DNA of 62,102 nt, filler included, from Chiloscyllium plagiosum (taxonomy: Eukaryota), in assembly GCF_004010195.1 (NCBI RefSeq). It is 4 parts of one record of this genome, joined end to end, with 100 filler letters (N's around TTAATTAATTAA, not from the genome) between each part and the next. Parts side by side here need not be neighbours in the genome. Positions count along the whole stretch, not along the records: positions 1 to 25,578 come from NC_057716.1; 3 more parts are not named here. The stretch is one strand, 5' to 3'. Shown piece after piece: positions 1 to 12,400 of the stretch (positions are counted from its first letter, which is position 1; each line of letters opens with the position of its first letter). A model generated the notes under the pieces. It was given only the letters and a program-made list of their open reading frames with translations, was not told the origin of the DNA and made no database searches. The translations under genes and the position numbers were made by a program.

Positions 1-235
1 GGGGTACACTCCCACACACACTGACTCCCACTGGGGTACACTCCCTCACACACTGACCCTCACTGGTGTACACTCCCACACACACTGACTCTCACTGGGG
101 AACACTCCTACACACACTGACCCTCACCGGGGTACACTCCCACACACACTGACCCTCACCGGGGTACACTCCCACACACACTGACTCTCACTGGGGTACA
201 CTCCCACACACACTGACCCTCACCGGGGTACACTC
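1..235. repeat. 32-bp minisatellite (GGGGTACACTCCCACACACACTGAC[T/C]CTCAC[T/C]), at least 7 copies, runs off the window edge
   Basis: Units read directly, starting at 1, 33, 65, 97, 129, 161, 193 and 225; no unique spacers. Confidence 0.95.
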
Positions 236-306
236 ACTACATTTCCTAATTAACGTACACATCTGAAAGATTATTTTTGATCTGTAATTCTCATTCCTGG
301 TCCTAC

Positions 307-451
307 CTCTTTTCCATTTCTGGTAAAGTAGAGACTGGAACTCTCTGTTCTTTGCTGTCCAGCTCTGTCCTCTCTCGATCCACAACCAATCCTGTCTCCA
401 GCCTGACATTTGTCAGAGACTCGCTGTGCAACTCCACGCCCAGTGTACAAC
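307..451 (-). CDS. SPRYD3: Internal coding exon of a SPRYD3-like SPRY-domain gene: (K)LYTGRGVAQRVSDKCQAGDRIGCGSREDRAGQQRTESSSLYFTRNGKE
   Basis: Acceptor gtcttgcag|G at 451 and donor GAG|gtagga at 307; 145 nt, phase 2 to phase 0, no stop. GDRIGCG and YFTRNGK match SPRYD3 LYNGR...KCNSGDRIGCG...FFTKNGK as remembered. Orthology versus paralogy is unresolved. Confidence 0.85.
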
Positions 452-934
452 CTGCAAGACAGGGAGGACTTTGTATAAACCTTCACCTTCAGCTCAAATT
501 GTTCAGCCGACTCCAGCCTCTCCACTCGTGGCACCTCCACTCTCTTTCTGAACACAAGACGCCTGGTGTTTGGTTAATCTCTGGAGCCTCTGTGATAGTG
601 TCAGGATGTCCCAATGTACTTTGCAACTCATGGTACACCCTTTGAAAGTTCTGCTGCTGCTTTCGGAGATACACCAGCTTCTGGCAGCTGGTAAAAGTCA
701 CCGGGACAGCAGCTGCTGGTGGTCACTTGGGTAATGGTGCCGGGGGGGGGGGGCATGGCCTTTGATCTGTCAGACTGTGCCTACCACAGGACGGTACAGA
801 GTGCTGCTGCCCACCTGTTTCACCGAGAGACTGGAACCCAACGTCACTGCCCCACGACTGGATCGAACCAGCCCGGAGTTTCCTGGTTTCGGCCTCCCTC
901 CTTTTTTGAAATAAACTCCCACACATGTAGGGGC

Positions 935-1255
935 ATGATTAGGGCGCATAGTCAAGATCTTTTCCTTGGGGTGGGGGGACTCCAAAACCAGAGAGCACAA
1001 GTTTAAAGTCAGAGGGGAAAGCTTTTAAAGGAACCTAAGGGGCATTTTTTCACACAGATGCGTGTATGGAATGAGCTGTCAGAGGAAGTGGTGGAGGCTG
1101 GTACAATTACTGCATTTAAAAGGCATTGGGATAGGTCTATGAATAGGAAGGGTTTAGAGGGATAGTGACCAAGTCCCGACAAATTGGACTAGGTTAGGAT
1201 ATCTGGTCGGCACGGGCGAGTTGGACAGAAGGGTCTGTGTCTGTGTTATACATCT
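935..1255 (+). mobile_element. CR1 LINE 3' fragment
   Basis: WNELSEEVVEAGTITAFKRH-type ORF2 C-terminus plus 3' UTR, shared with many copies in the window. Confidence 0.85.
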
Positions 1256-1359
1256 CCCCAGTTCTAAGGAGTTATATTTGTTATTTTCCAGTCAATAGGA
1301 ACATTCCCTTAATCTAATGAGTTTTGGAAAATGGAAACCGATTTTTAAAAACACTTGTT

Positions 1360-1705
1360 AACAGAATTATGACATCACTGGCCAGGCCAGTATTTATTAC
1401 CCATCCCTAATTGCCCAGAGGGCAGTTAAGAGTCAACCCCATTGCTGTGGGCCTGGAGTTACGTATAGGCCAGACCAGGCAAGGATGGCAGATTCCTTCC
1501 CTAAAGGATATTAATGACCTAGATGGGTCTTTCTAACAATTGACAATGGATTCATGGTCATCATTAGACACTTAATTCCAGATCATTTAATTGAATTCAT
1601 ATTCCACCATCCGCTGTGGCAGGAATCAAACCCAGGATACCAGAACACGACCTCTGTCTTTGGATTAACAGTTTACCAATAATACCACTAGGCCGTCATC
1701 TCCCC
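1360..1705 (-). mobile_element. tRNA-derived SINE with LINE-derived tail (non-HE1 family)
   Basis: Minus strand starts with A-box GGCCTAGTGGT and B-box-like GGTTTGATTCC and ends in a GGGCAATTAGGGATGGGTAATAAA tail; partial copies at ~6830-7045 and ~7850-8050. Confidence 0.75.
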
Positions 1706-3215
1706 AATGTACTGATTAGCTCACCAGTGCCTTTTCTAAGACCTTAGGATGAAATCCATTCGGACACGGGAACTTGTCAACTCACAGTTCAGAAATTCAC
1801 TCAGTATTTTTACCTTTCAATTTTTCCCTCCGTTTCAATCCCTGATTTATATTTATTTCCAGGATGTTGCTCGTACGTTCCATAATGAAGACCAACACAA
1901 AGGATTTGTCTGCTGTTTCTTTCCCCTCAATTACTAATTCCCCAGACTCAGTTTCAATGGGTCAACATTTTGTTTATATTCTGCTTTTTTTTAACTATCT
2001 GAAGGAATTTATCCAATATGTTTTTATATATTTGGCTAATTTTCTCACTTCCACGATATTTCCTTCTTTATTAATCTTTTAGTGAGTCTTTTTTTTATAT
2101 TCTGTCCAATCTTCTGACCTACCTCTTGTCTTTGTACAATTATGAGTCTTTTCTTTGAGTTTGGTACAACCTTTGACTTTTTTATTTAACCACAGATAGC
2201 AGGTCTGACCCTCAGAGTGTGTCTTATTTATTGGAATGTATCTGCTCTGTGCTTTCTGGATTGTGTCTGAAATGTTTGTTACTCCATCTCTCTTGACTCA
2301 GTCCTTAATCTAAATTAGCAGTTCACTTCCTCCAGCTTTTTACTGCCTTTGTTTAAATTCAATACAGCAGTTTTAGACCCACACATCTCTCCCTTAGACT
2401 GGATGTTAAATTCTACCATATTCCAGTCTCTGCTACCCAGGGGCACTTTCATGACAGTCAGTATTTAATTCTATCTCATTTATCAAAGTCGGGTCTAGTA
2501 TAGCCTTCCCTCTGGTCAGTGCCAAAACATGATGGTCTCAGAATTGTCCTGAAAATATTCAATGAATTTCTCATTAGGATTACATTTCCCATCTGATTTT
2601 TCCGGGTTACCTGTAGGTTAGAATCCCCCGTAATAATTGTGTACCCTTTTGATAAGCTCCAATTATTTCTTCCATGATACTCTTTTCCACGATGTGGTTA
2701 ATGTTAGGCTTCCTGTACACAACACCCACAACTGACCTCTTGTCTTTATCATTGCCAGACTGCCTCTATATCCTGTTTCCCTGAATTAAGGCCATCCCTC
2801 CTTATTGTGCTTTAATTAAGAGAGTCACTCCTCCATCTTTTGCTCACCTTCTGAAATGTCACAAACCCTTGAATGTTCAGGTCCTAATATAGATTGTCGT
2901 GCATCCACGTCTCAGTTATGGCCACTTGATCATACTCATTTATCTCAATTTGCGCAATAGTTCATCTGTTTTGTTCCGAATGCTTTGAGCATTCAGACGT
3001 GGTGCCTTAAATTTTCTGCTTTTATTATTTTTGTAACCTTTAGTCTGACCTGGTGATTGCTCTTAATCTGTCCCTCCCTGTCATCGCCTGTATATCATTT
3101 CCCACATTTCCCACATTCCCGCCCTAGTCACTTTTTCAATATTCTTTGATTCATCACAACTTCCCAAATTTGGGTTCTTGCCTCTGCAATTTAGTTTAAA
3201 ACCCGCTCTGACTCC
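1706..3215 (-). mobile_element. Old degraded CR1 LINE (endonuclease/ORF2 region)
   Basis: Patchy similarity to younger CR1 copies in the window; no intact frame. Confidence 0.55.
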
Positions 3216-3477
3216 CTAGTTATGTGGTTTACAGGAATACCAGCCCCAGTCCGGTTCTGAGGAAGGATCTGAAACATTAGCCCTGATTTCTCTCCACAGA
3301 TGCTGCCAGACTTGCTGAGTTTCTTCAGCGTTTTCTGTTTTCATTTCCAATCTGGTTCCGGTGCAGATGGGACAGGTGTCAGGAAGAACTTCTTTTCCCA
3401 CAGTAAGTGACATTGTCCTGAAACTCAGTGCCCATGAGGAAAGTGCAGATGGGCAGAGAGATAATGAGGGGTTTCAG

Positions 3478-4190
3478 AGACCATAAGACCATAGGACATA
3501 GCAGCAGAAATTAGGCCATTTGGCCCATTGAATCTGCTCTGCTAATTAATCATGCATGATAAATTTCTCAACATCATTCTCCCACTTTCTCCCCAAGTAT
3601 CTCATTGATACTCAAGAGCCTGTCTATCTCAGTCTTAAATATACTCAATGACCTAGTCTCCCAGCCTTCTGTGGCAGTGAATTCCATCGATTCCCCACTC
3701 TCTGGCTGAAGAAGTTTCTCCTTATCTCCGTTCTAAAGGGTCTTCCCTTTACTCTAAGGCTGTACCCTAGGGTCCTAGTCTCTCCTACCGATGGAAACAT
3801 CCACTCTGTCCAGGCTATTCAGTAGCTTTCAGAGTGCTGCTGTTGTCAAGCACCTGATGAAGGAGCGTCGCTCCGAAAGCTAGTGTGCTTCCAAACAAAC
3901 CTGTTGGACTATAACCTGGTGTTGTGTGATTTTTAGCTTTGTACACCCCAGTCCGACACCAGCATCTCCAAACCATCAGTATTCTGTATGTTTCAATTAG
4001 ATCCTCCCTCATCCTTCTAAACTCCACCAAATATCGACCCATAGTTCTCAAACGTTCCTCATGTGTTAAGCTCTTTGTTCTGGAGACAATTCTCGTGAAG
4101 CTCCTCTGAACATGCTCCCGGGCCAGTACATCCTTCCTAAGTAATGGGGCCCAAAACTGAGCACAATACTCCAAATGTGGCCTGACCAGA
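3478..4190 (-). mobile_element. CR1 LINE 3' fragment interrupted by a Penelope-derived insert
   Basis: ORF 3815-4174 EYCAQFWAP..RKDVLA..VQRSFTR; CCATAAGA-type tail repeats at ~3480. Confidence 0.85.
3824..3975 (+). mobile_element. Penelope-like terminal fragment (family B) with a minimal hammerhead motif at 3851-3885
   Basis: CAC-CTGATGA-A-GGAGC-GTC-GCTCC-GAAA-GC-TA-GTG; related copies at 12186-12400 and 32400-32505. Confidence 0.7.
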
Positions 4191-5746
4191 AAATTGTGTT
4201 AGAGTTTGAGGGTGGTAAGCAAGCAGGGATCGAGTGGGGGAACGCGGCTGACAAATGGCCTCTTTCTGGTGTAAGAGCTCTATAATTACAACAAGGAGTG
4301 CACTTCACAAATATTTTATTGGCTGTCAAGTGCTCCAAAATGTGCTGAGGTTCTGGGAGGTGCTAAAGGAATTCATGTTTCTTCATGTTCGTTATGGTTG
4401 GCTCTGAAAGTCGTGTGAGTGATAGGGATGGGCAATGAATACAGGTCCTGCAACATCACCCATAACAACACATCAAAAATATAGGATAAGTCAACAAACA
4501 AAGGAAATTGAGGGTGAAATTTGTAGACAGATTATGGAGGTGTGCATTACTAATTCTTGGAGACAGTTGAACTCCTTCCCAGGTTGAACAGATTCCAAGC
4601 TGTGCGTGATAAAAAAGGGGAAGGTTTCTCTGGTGTGCTCAGGACTGGTTTCTCAAACTATTTATTGCTGCTCACATGAGGAAGTTAAGCAGAAAAAGAT
4701 ATTGCAAAATTAAAGCAAGTTAAAAATGGAACTCATTTAACCTAAACAGAAAAATAATAATTGGTAAATAGAACATGTTGCTAAGCAATGGGAAAAGAGC
4801 TGAGTTGGAAAACGAGGAGAGGTCATGGCAGTGAAAAAATAATTGTGGGGATCAAAACCCGGGACTCAGTAGGAGAGGATCCTGATGCTGAAAGATTGGG
4901 GAATATAAAATAAGATGGGACAACTGCAAACGATAGCAGCTGAGAATTCTCATTGAAAAACTGCAGTGACCTGATTCTGAGATTATTAATCTTTGCCCTT
5001 TTCAGTTTTATTAATGACTCAGTCCCTTTACAAATCTGAAATAAACCAGAGAACATCTCTCTTACAAGAAGAATAAACAATTACACCCCAATCCAATGGT
5101 TTATGGAACAGTTTATGTCTACTGAGTTTAATAGAAATTTGAATAAGCAATGGACCGGAAAATTAGTGCAATTTTGAGTGCAGTTTGCCTCTAGATTAGC
5201 AAATTTACCCAAACCAACTTAGAAAATAGTAGCAGGAATAGGCCATTTGGCCCTACGAGCCTGCTGCACCATTCAACATGATCATGGTTGATCGCCCAAC
5301 TCAGTCCCCTTCATTCTCTCCCATACCAAATGACCCCTTTACCCCAAAATCAAACTGAATCAAACTGCTTCTTCAAAACATCCACTGGTTCGGCCCCAGC
5401 CCCGACCTCAGCCCCATCCAATGGTGCTGCTTGAACTCCAACCCTGTGAGAGCAGTCTGCAGGCTGACTACCCACTGTGGGGGTCTCATCGCAGGGATCA
5501 TAACAGGCTGGGAGATAGAACAGCAGCACTTCACTTTCATCCACACAGGCAGTTTCCCATTCGATTCCCAGATCCATCAGCACCTCACTTCGCCATCAAA
5601 CACTTTGGGATCTCTGTCCTGAGGGGACTCATTGGCTAAACATTCTTAGCCCCTTTGAGGAGGACACTCCCAACAATTTACAATCTTCAGAGAAATTCCT
5701 CCTCAGCTCAGGCAAAAGTGAAAGGTTCCATATTCTGTGATTGTAT

Positions 5747-6321
5747 ACACACTCTCACACACTCTCACACATATATATATATACTCTCACATACACACAC
5801 ACGCACACACACATATATACACACACACTCTCTCACATACACACACACACTCTCACATACACACACACGCACACACACATATATACACACACACTCTCTC
5901 ACATACACACACACGCACACACACATATATACACACACACTCTCTCACATACACACACACACTCTCACATACACACACACGCACACACACATATATACAC
6001 ACACACTCTCTCACATACACACACACACTCTCACATACACACACACGCACACACACATATATACACACACACTCTCTCACATACACACACACACTCTCAC
6101 ATACACACACACGCACACACACATATATACACACACACTCTCTCACATACACACACACACTCTCACATACACACACACGCACACACACATATATACACAC
6201 ACACTCTCTCACATACACACACACACTCTCACATACACACACACGCACACACACATATATACACACACACTCTCTCACATACACACACACACTCTCACAT
6301 ACACACACACGCACACACACA
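5747..6321. repeat. Compound CA/TA/CT microsatellite with a 66-bp higher-order period
   Basis: TCTCTCACAT recurs at 5941, 6007, 6073, 6139, 6205 and 6271. Confidence 0.95.
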
Positions 6322-6735
6322 CATCCACACTTGCTGTGCCATTCAGTAAGATCATTGCGGATCAGTTTGTTGTAACAGCCCTGCCTTTTTACTTTGTGTT
6401 TTATAAAGCTGGGGATTTGCTGAGAAAGAGCAGATTTATCAGCCCGTGTTTGAAAGAATGGCTCAAATTTGAAAACAAAGTAAACTGACAGTCCTGGCAG
6501 CCCTTGTGTATACAGCGTGTGTGTTTTTGGAACAAGCAGTAATTGCAGTTTGTGTTTCAGACAACTTGGCGCCGAGGGTGTGGACAGGTGTAGGTTTTGC
6601 TGGCTGCAACATTTCGAATGGTCTTTGGACTAGTAACTGGTTATCGATGATCGAGACCTCTTTTATGCCACCAACTGTGTGATTGGTAAGTGACTAGCTC
6701 AGAGCTGGGAACAAGTTATAGAGAATGAGAGAGTT

Positions 6736-6771
<36 letters not shown>

Positions 6772-6829
6772 TTCAGTTCCTCCCCAGCCCCGGAGCAGTA
6801 TCTCTGTTCTGTGCAGTTAAAACGCACAG

Positions 6830-7045
6830 TTAAAATGACCGTAAATCTATTGTTGATTGTCAGAAAAACCCATCTGGTTTACTAATTTCCTTTCGAGAAG
6901 AAACTACCATCCCTACCTGGTCTGGCCTACACGTAACTCCAGATCCACAGCAATGTGGGTGACTCTTAACTGCCCTCTGGGCAATTAGGGATGGGTCAAT
7001 AAGTGCTGCCTAAACAGCAATGTCTATATCCCATGAATGATTTTT
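6830..7045 (+). mobile_element. 3' half of the non-HE1 tRNA-SINE family
   Basis: Reverse complement of part of 1360-1560. Confidence 0.75.
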
Positions 7046-7093
7046 TACAAAAACTTTAAAACATTCCAAAGGGAATTCTCTGCTCTTACATAA

Positions 7094-7432
7094 GGTGGCT
7101 CAGTGGTTAACACTGCTGCTTCACAGGACCAGGGACCTGGGTTTGATTCCAGCCTCAGGCGACTGTCTGTGTGGAGTTTGCACATTCTCCCCATGTCTGC
7201 ATGGGTTTCCTCTGGGTGCTCCGGTTTCCTCCCACAGTCCCAAGATGTGCAAGTTTACTGTGGATGGGCCATGGGAAATTGCCAATAATGTCCAGGGATG
7301 TACAGGCTAGGTGAGTTAGCCATGGGAAATGAAATAGAGTAGAGAGGTGGTTCTGGGTGAGATGGTCTTCAGAGGGTCAGTATGGACTTGATGGACTGAA
7401 TAGCCTGCTTCCATACTGTGGGGATTCAATGA
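7094..7432 (+). mobile_element. HE1-type V-SINE (older copy)
   Basis: GTGGCTCAGTGGTTA tRNA-like head, V-domain TGTGGAGTTTGCACATTCTCCCC, CR1-like tail. Confidence 0.88.
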
Positions 7433-7849
7433 GTAATAATGCCACTAGGCGATTGTCTCCCCTTTGATTGTCAGAGATGGAGGGTGAGGAATCTTGGGAT
7501 TTGATCTCTCCTATGACAGTGCCAAATGTTTGTACTCCATACCATGATGCATGTTCCATTTCAAGATGGAGCTGGATACCGGCTTGAACAGGTTTCCTGC
7601 ATGCCCCTACCCCCGTGTTGTATACCATGTTCTAGTACATTCTAATCCATTCCTTCACCACATTGAGTGGGCCTGGCTGATTCACCTGAGGGACAGAGGA
7701 CACGGCTGAACTTTCCAAGGGGGTCAATGCAAAGGTCAGTGTTGACAGGGAGTCAGTGCAATCACTGGGAGATTGAGGCAAGGAAACTGTTGCTGAGTCA
7801 GTCGTTTGAACACGGATCACCATTACCCGCCAAATGTCAGCTCTGTGGT

Positions 7850-8050
7850 TTTTTTTTATTAATTCACAGGATGAGGGGGTCACTGACTTGGCTGCATTTA
7901 TTACCCATCCCTAATTGCCCAGAGGGCATTTAGCTGTCAACCACATTACTGTGGGTCTGAAGTTACGTGTAGGCCAGACCAGATAAGTTTCCTTCCCTCG
8001 AGGACATTAGTGAACCAGATGGGCTTTTCCCAATGTTCAACAATGGTCAG
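7850..8050 (-). mobile_element. Partial copy of the non-HE1 tRNA-SINE family
   Basis: Near match to 1375-1550. Confidence 0.75.
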
Positions 8051-8054
8051 ATAA

Positions 8055-9215
8055 TGAATTGAATTGAATTGAATTTATTGTCCTGTGTCCCGAGGCGCAG
8101 TGAAAAGCTTTGTCTTGTGACCAATACAGACAGATCACAGAGTTAAGTCACATAGATAGTAAATAATAGGGAAACAGCGGCAAAAACAAAAATACAGGTA
8201 CAGGTGAATGTTAAGAGTTTGTGAGGCCATTCAGTATTCTAACAACAGTGGGGTAGAAACTGTTGTGAAACCGGCTGGTATGGGTGTTCAGGCTTCTGTA
8301 CCTTCTCCCCGATGGTAGAGGTTGTAGAAAAACATTGCCAGGGTGGGGGATGGATCTTTGAGAATGCTGGCGGCCTTTCCTTGACAATGGGCCTGGTAGA
8401 TNNNNNNNNNNNNNNNNNNNNNNNNNNNNNNNNNNNNNNNNNNNNNNNNNNNNNNNNNNNNNNNNNNNNNNNNNNNNNNNNNNNNNNNNNNNNNNNNNNN
8501 NNNNNNNNNNNNNNNNNNNNNNNNNNNNNNNNNNNNNNNNNNNNNNNNNNNNNNNNNNNNNNNNNNNNNNNNAGTCAATAATGAGTTCCTTGGTTTTGCC
8601 GGCATTGAGAGCTCGGTTGTTCTCAGTGCACCATTTTTCCAGGTCTTCCACCTCCCGTCTGTAATCTGTTTCATCGCCATCTGAGATTTGACCGACTATG
8701 GTGATGTCATCAGCGAACTTGTAAATGGCATTAATCTGGTATTTGGCGACGCAGCCATGGGTATACAGTGAGTATAGTAGGGGGCTGAGTACGCACTCCT
8801 GGGGGGCTCCAGTGTTGGGTGTTGGTGAGGATGAAATATTGTCCCCAGTCTTCACTGATTGTGGCCTGTGGGTCAGGAAACTGAGGACCCAGTTGCAGAG
8901 AGTGGGGCTTAGTCCGGGATCTCTAAGTTTAGTAATCAGTCTCGAGGGGATAATAGTGTTGAAGGCTGGACTGTAGTCAACGAGGAGGATTCCTACATCG
9001 CTGTTCTTGGAGTCAAGATGTTCTAGGGAGGAGTGAAGGGCAAATGGTATGGCATCTGACGTGGATCTGTTGGTCCGATAGGCAAATTGGAGTGGGTCAG
9101 GAGTAGTGGGGAGGCTGGAGCTGATTAATGCCATGACCAGCCTTTCAAAGCACTTCATGACCACCGAAGTTAGGGTCACTGGGTGGTAGTCATTGAGACA
9201 GGCTGCATGAGTCTT
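8055..9215 (-). mobile_element. Rex1/Babar-clade LINE, 5'-truncated, with gap 8402-8572
   Basis: ORF 8211-9179: LTSVVMKCFERLV, DPLQFAYRTNRSTSDA, GAPQECVLSPLLYSLYTH, KFADD, LPSGRRYRS; minus-strand tail AATAAA followed by (TTCAA)n. Confidence 0.88.
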
Positions 9216-9219
9216 CTTA

Positions 9220-9930
9220 AGCTTCTGCTGTTTTTGACCACTTTGTATGCCTTCTCTTTCACTTTGACAGCCTGATTTATTTCCTCAGACCCCCCTGGCT
9301 GATTACCTCTCCCTCTTACCATCCTTCCTTCTCACTGGAATATTCTTTCACTGAGCACTTTGAAAAATTGCTTTGAAAGTCCCCCACTGCTCGCCAACTG
9401 TCCCACGATAAAACCTTTGTTTCCAGTCTCCTTTAGCCAAGTCCTCCCTCATTCTATTGCAGTCTCCCTTTTTTAAGCACAGGATCTTGGTATTGGATTT
9501 TATCTTCACACTCTGGATTAGTGGAGCTGGAAGAGCACAGCAGTTCAGGCAGCATCTGAGGAGCAGTAAAATCGACGTTTCGGGCAAAAGTCCTTCATCA
9601 GCCCTTCACACTCTCCATCTGTATTCTAAATTCAGCCGTACTGTGATCGCTCCATTCAAGAGGAGCCCTGACTATGAGGTCATTCATTTATTCCTGTCTC
9701 ATTACACAGGACCAGATCTAGGATAGCTTGCTCCCTCGTCAGTTCCATTACATACTGTTTAAAAAGCTATCACGGATACACTCAACAAACTCCTCCTCAA
9801 GGCTACCCTGACCGAGCTGCTTTGACCAATCTACATGTAGATTAAAACCCCCCATGATAATTGCCATTCAATTTTTACAGGCAATAGTTATTTCTTTGTT
9901 TATTGCCCATCCCAATGTGATGTTTCCTTG
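9220..9930 (-). mobile_element. CR1 LINE internal fragment with a PLE-derived insert at 9515-9603
   Basis: KKGDCNRMREDLAK..W motif; insert flanked by direct repeat CTTCACACTCT (9504-9514, 9604-9614). Confidence 0.75.
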
Positions 9931-11114
9931 CTGTATTACTTTCTGATTCTATGACTCCATTTCAGCAAGAGATCCTGGACTGATTCACGTCCGCTCCCCT
10001 TTATTCTCAGACTTACGTTTGCTTTCAGCCTCTTCAGTCCCACCCAATGTCTAACCACACTGCGGTTTCTGCTTTGTGTGTTTGGGGTAACATGGGCTGG
10101 GCAATAAACATGGTCTTGCCAATGACACGCACATCCTGAGGCTCCATGATTCCTGAGAGTTGTGTTCTGTCTGACCCTTTTGTTGATCTGTATTGCAGAG
10201 TGCAAAGGAGGAGGAATTGTCTTAACCAATACTGACTGGCAATGAGAGCCTTTCCCATGGCTGTTTGTCATCCTGATCAGAGGCCAACACAGAAAAGCCC
10301 ACAAGCAAACATTGCCAATCAGGAGAGCTCTCTATATCCCAATAAAATACATCCCATTGCCCAAGAAACCAACATAATCCCACAAAATAACCAGAGTTTT
10401 GATGGGGTTCACAGTGAGGTTAAGGGATTGGTCTTTAGATGAGGCTTAGTGTGGGTGGGATGATGATTTGAGGCAGTTAGTGGCTACAGAATGGTCTCAT
10501 CATCGATTAGTGGTTTACAAAGTTCACATATCCTTAGCCTGAGGGTGGTTTTGTTTATTTCAGAAAATTGTACATAAATTTTCAATGTAACTTCATATCT
10601 TTGTGGTTAGCTAATATGCTGTGCTCAAACTGAACAGGCCAGAGGGACTCGGCAGCTTCATTCGGCACCTTTTCTCATTCACTCCTAGGACATGGGGGGA
10701 TCACTGACTGGGCTGGCATTTACTGCCCGTCCCTAGTTGCCCCTTGAGAAGGTGGGAGTGAGCTGCCTTCTTGAACCGCTGCAGTCCATGTGCTGTAGGT
10801 AGACCCACAATGTCCTTAGGGAGGGAATTCCAGGATTCTGACCCAGTGACACTGAAGGAACGGCGATATATTTCCAAGTCAGGATGGTGAGGGGTTCGGA
10901 GGGAACTTGCAGGGGGTGGTGTTCCCATGTATCTGCTGCCCTTGTCCTTCTCGATGGAAGTGGTTGTGGGTTTGGAAGGCGCTGTCTGAAAATCTTTGGT
11001 GAGTTTCTGCAGTGCTTCTTGTAGATGGTACACACTGCTGCTACTGAGTGTGGGTGGGGGAGGGAGTGGGTGTTTGTAAATGTGGTGCCAATCAAACAGC
11101 TGCTTTGTCCTGGA

Positions 11115-12090
11115 TAGAACATTACAGCGCAGTACCGGCCCTTCGGCCCTCGATGTTGCGTCGCCCTGTCATACCAATCTAAAGCCCATCTAACCTACAC
11201 TGTTCCATGTACGTCCATATGCCTGTCCAATGACGGCTTAAATGTACTTAAACTTGGCGAATCTACTACCATTGCAGGCAAAGCATTCCATACCCTTACT
11301 ACTCTCTGAGTAAAGAAACTACCTCTGACATCTGTCCTATATCTATCACCCCTCAATTTAAAGCTATGCCCCCTCGTGCTCACCGTCACCATACTTGGAA
11401 AAAGGCTCTCCCTGTCCACCCTATCTAACCCTCTGATTATCTTATATGTCTCTATTAAGTCACCTCTCAACCTTCTTCTCTCTAACAAAAACAGCCTCAA
11501 GTCCCTCAGCCTTTCCTCATAAGACCTCCCCTCCATACCAGGCAACATCCCAGTAAATCTCCTCTGCACCCTTTCCAAAGCTTCCACATCCTTCTTATAA
11601 TGCGGTGACCAGAACTGTACTCAATACTCCAAGTGTGGCCGCACCAGAGTTTTGTACAGCTGTAGCATAACCTCATGGTTCCGGAACTCGATCCCTCTAT
11701 TAATAAAAGCTAAAACACTGTATGCCTTCTTAACAACCCTGTCAACCTGGGTGGCAACTTTCAAGGATCTGTGTACCTGGACACCGAGATCTCCCTGCTC
11801 ATCTACACTACCAAGAATCTTACCATTAGCCCAGTACTTTGCACTCCGGTTACTCCGACCAAAGTGACCTCACACTTTCTGCATTAAACTCCATTTGCCA
11901 CTTCTCAGCCCAGCTCTGCAGCTTATCTATGTCTCTCTGTAACCTACAACATCCTTCGTCACGATCCACAACTCCACCGACCTGAGTGTCATCTGCAAAT
12001 TTACTAACCCACCCTTCTACGCCCTCATCCAGGTTGTTTATAAAAATGACGAACAGCAGTGGACCCAACACCAACCCTTGCGGTACACCA
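11115..12090 (-). mobile_element. CR1 LINE 3' ~1 kb, relatively young
   Basis: LGPLLFVIFINNLD..SKFADD, LERVQRRFT..RRRLRGDLIETYKI..FFTQRVVRVWNALP. Confidence 0.92.
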
Positions 12091-12185
12091 AGGTGTTAAG
12101 TTGCCTGAGTGTTGTTGGAGCTGCCCCCATCCAGGCAAGTGGGGAATATTCCATCACACTCCTGACTTGGGCCTTGTAGATGATG

Positions 12186-12400
12186 AAAGTCAGAAATCAC
12201 ATGACACCAATTATAGCCCAACCAGATTTATTTGAAATCACAAGCTTTCGGAGCACTGCCCCTTTGTCAGGTGAATTCTGGTGATGGAGGGGCAGCGCTC
12301 CGAAAGCTTGTGTTTGCAAGTAAACCTGTTGGACTATAACCCGGTGTCATGTGACTTCGAAATTTGTCCACCTCAGTCCAACACCAGCCCCTCCACGTCA
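12186..12400. mobile_element. Inverted pair of family-B Penelope termini (imperfect hairpin)
   Basis: 12186-12272 is an approximate reverse complement of ~12280-12365; contains CTCCGAAAGCTTG. Confidence 0.7.

Noticed and set aside
5589..5618. 30-nt frame-preserving micro-exon candidate on the minus strand (would add TEIPKCLMAK)
   Set aside because: Weak donor and short pyrimidine tract, no SPRY similarity, and it would interrupt the DDGKLY motif; expected by chance in 44 kb
5655..6488. His/Thr-rich and Cys/Val-rich ORFs of 155-277 aa
   Set aside because: Translations of a stop-free CA microsatellite; the same applies to 30880-31163 and 54897-55430
10242..10442. 66-aa plus-strand ORF in non-repeat sequence
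   Set aside because: No recognisable motif, and the upstream acceptor-like site meets stops in all three frames
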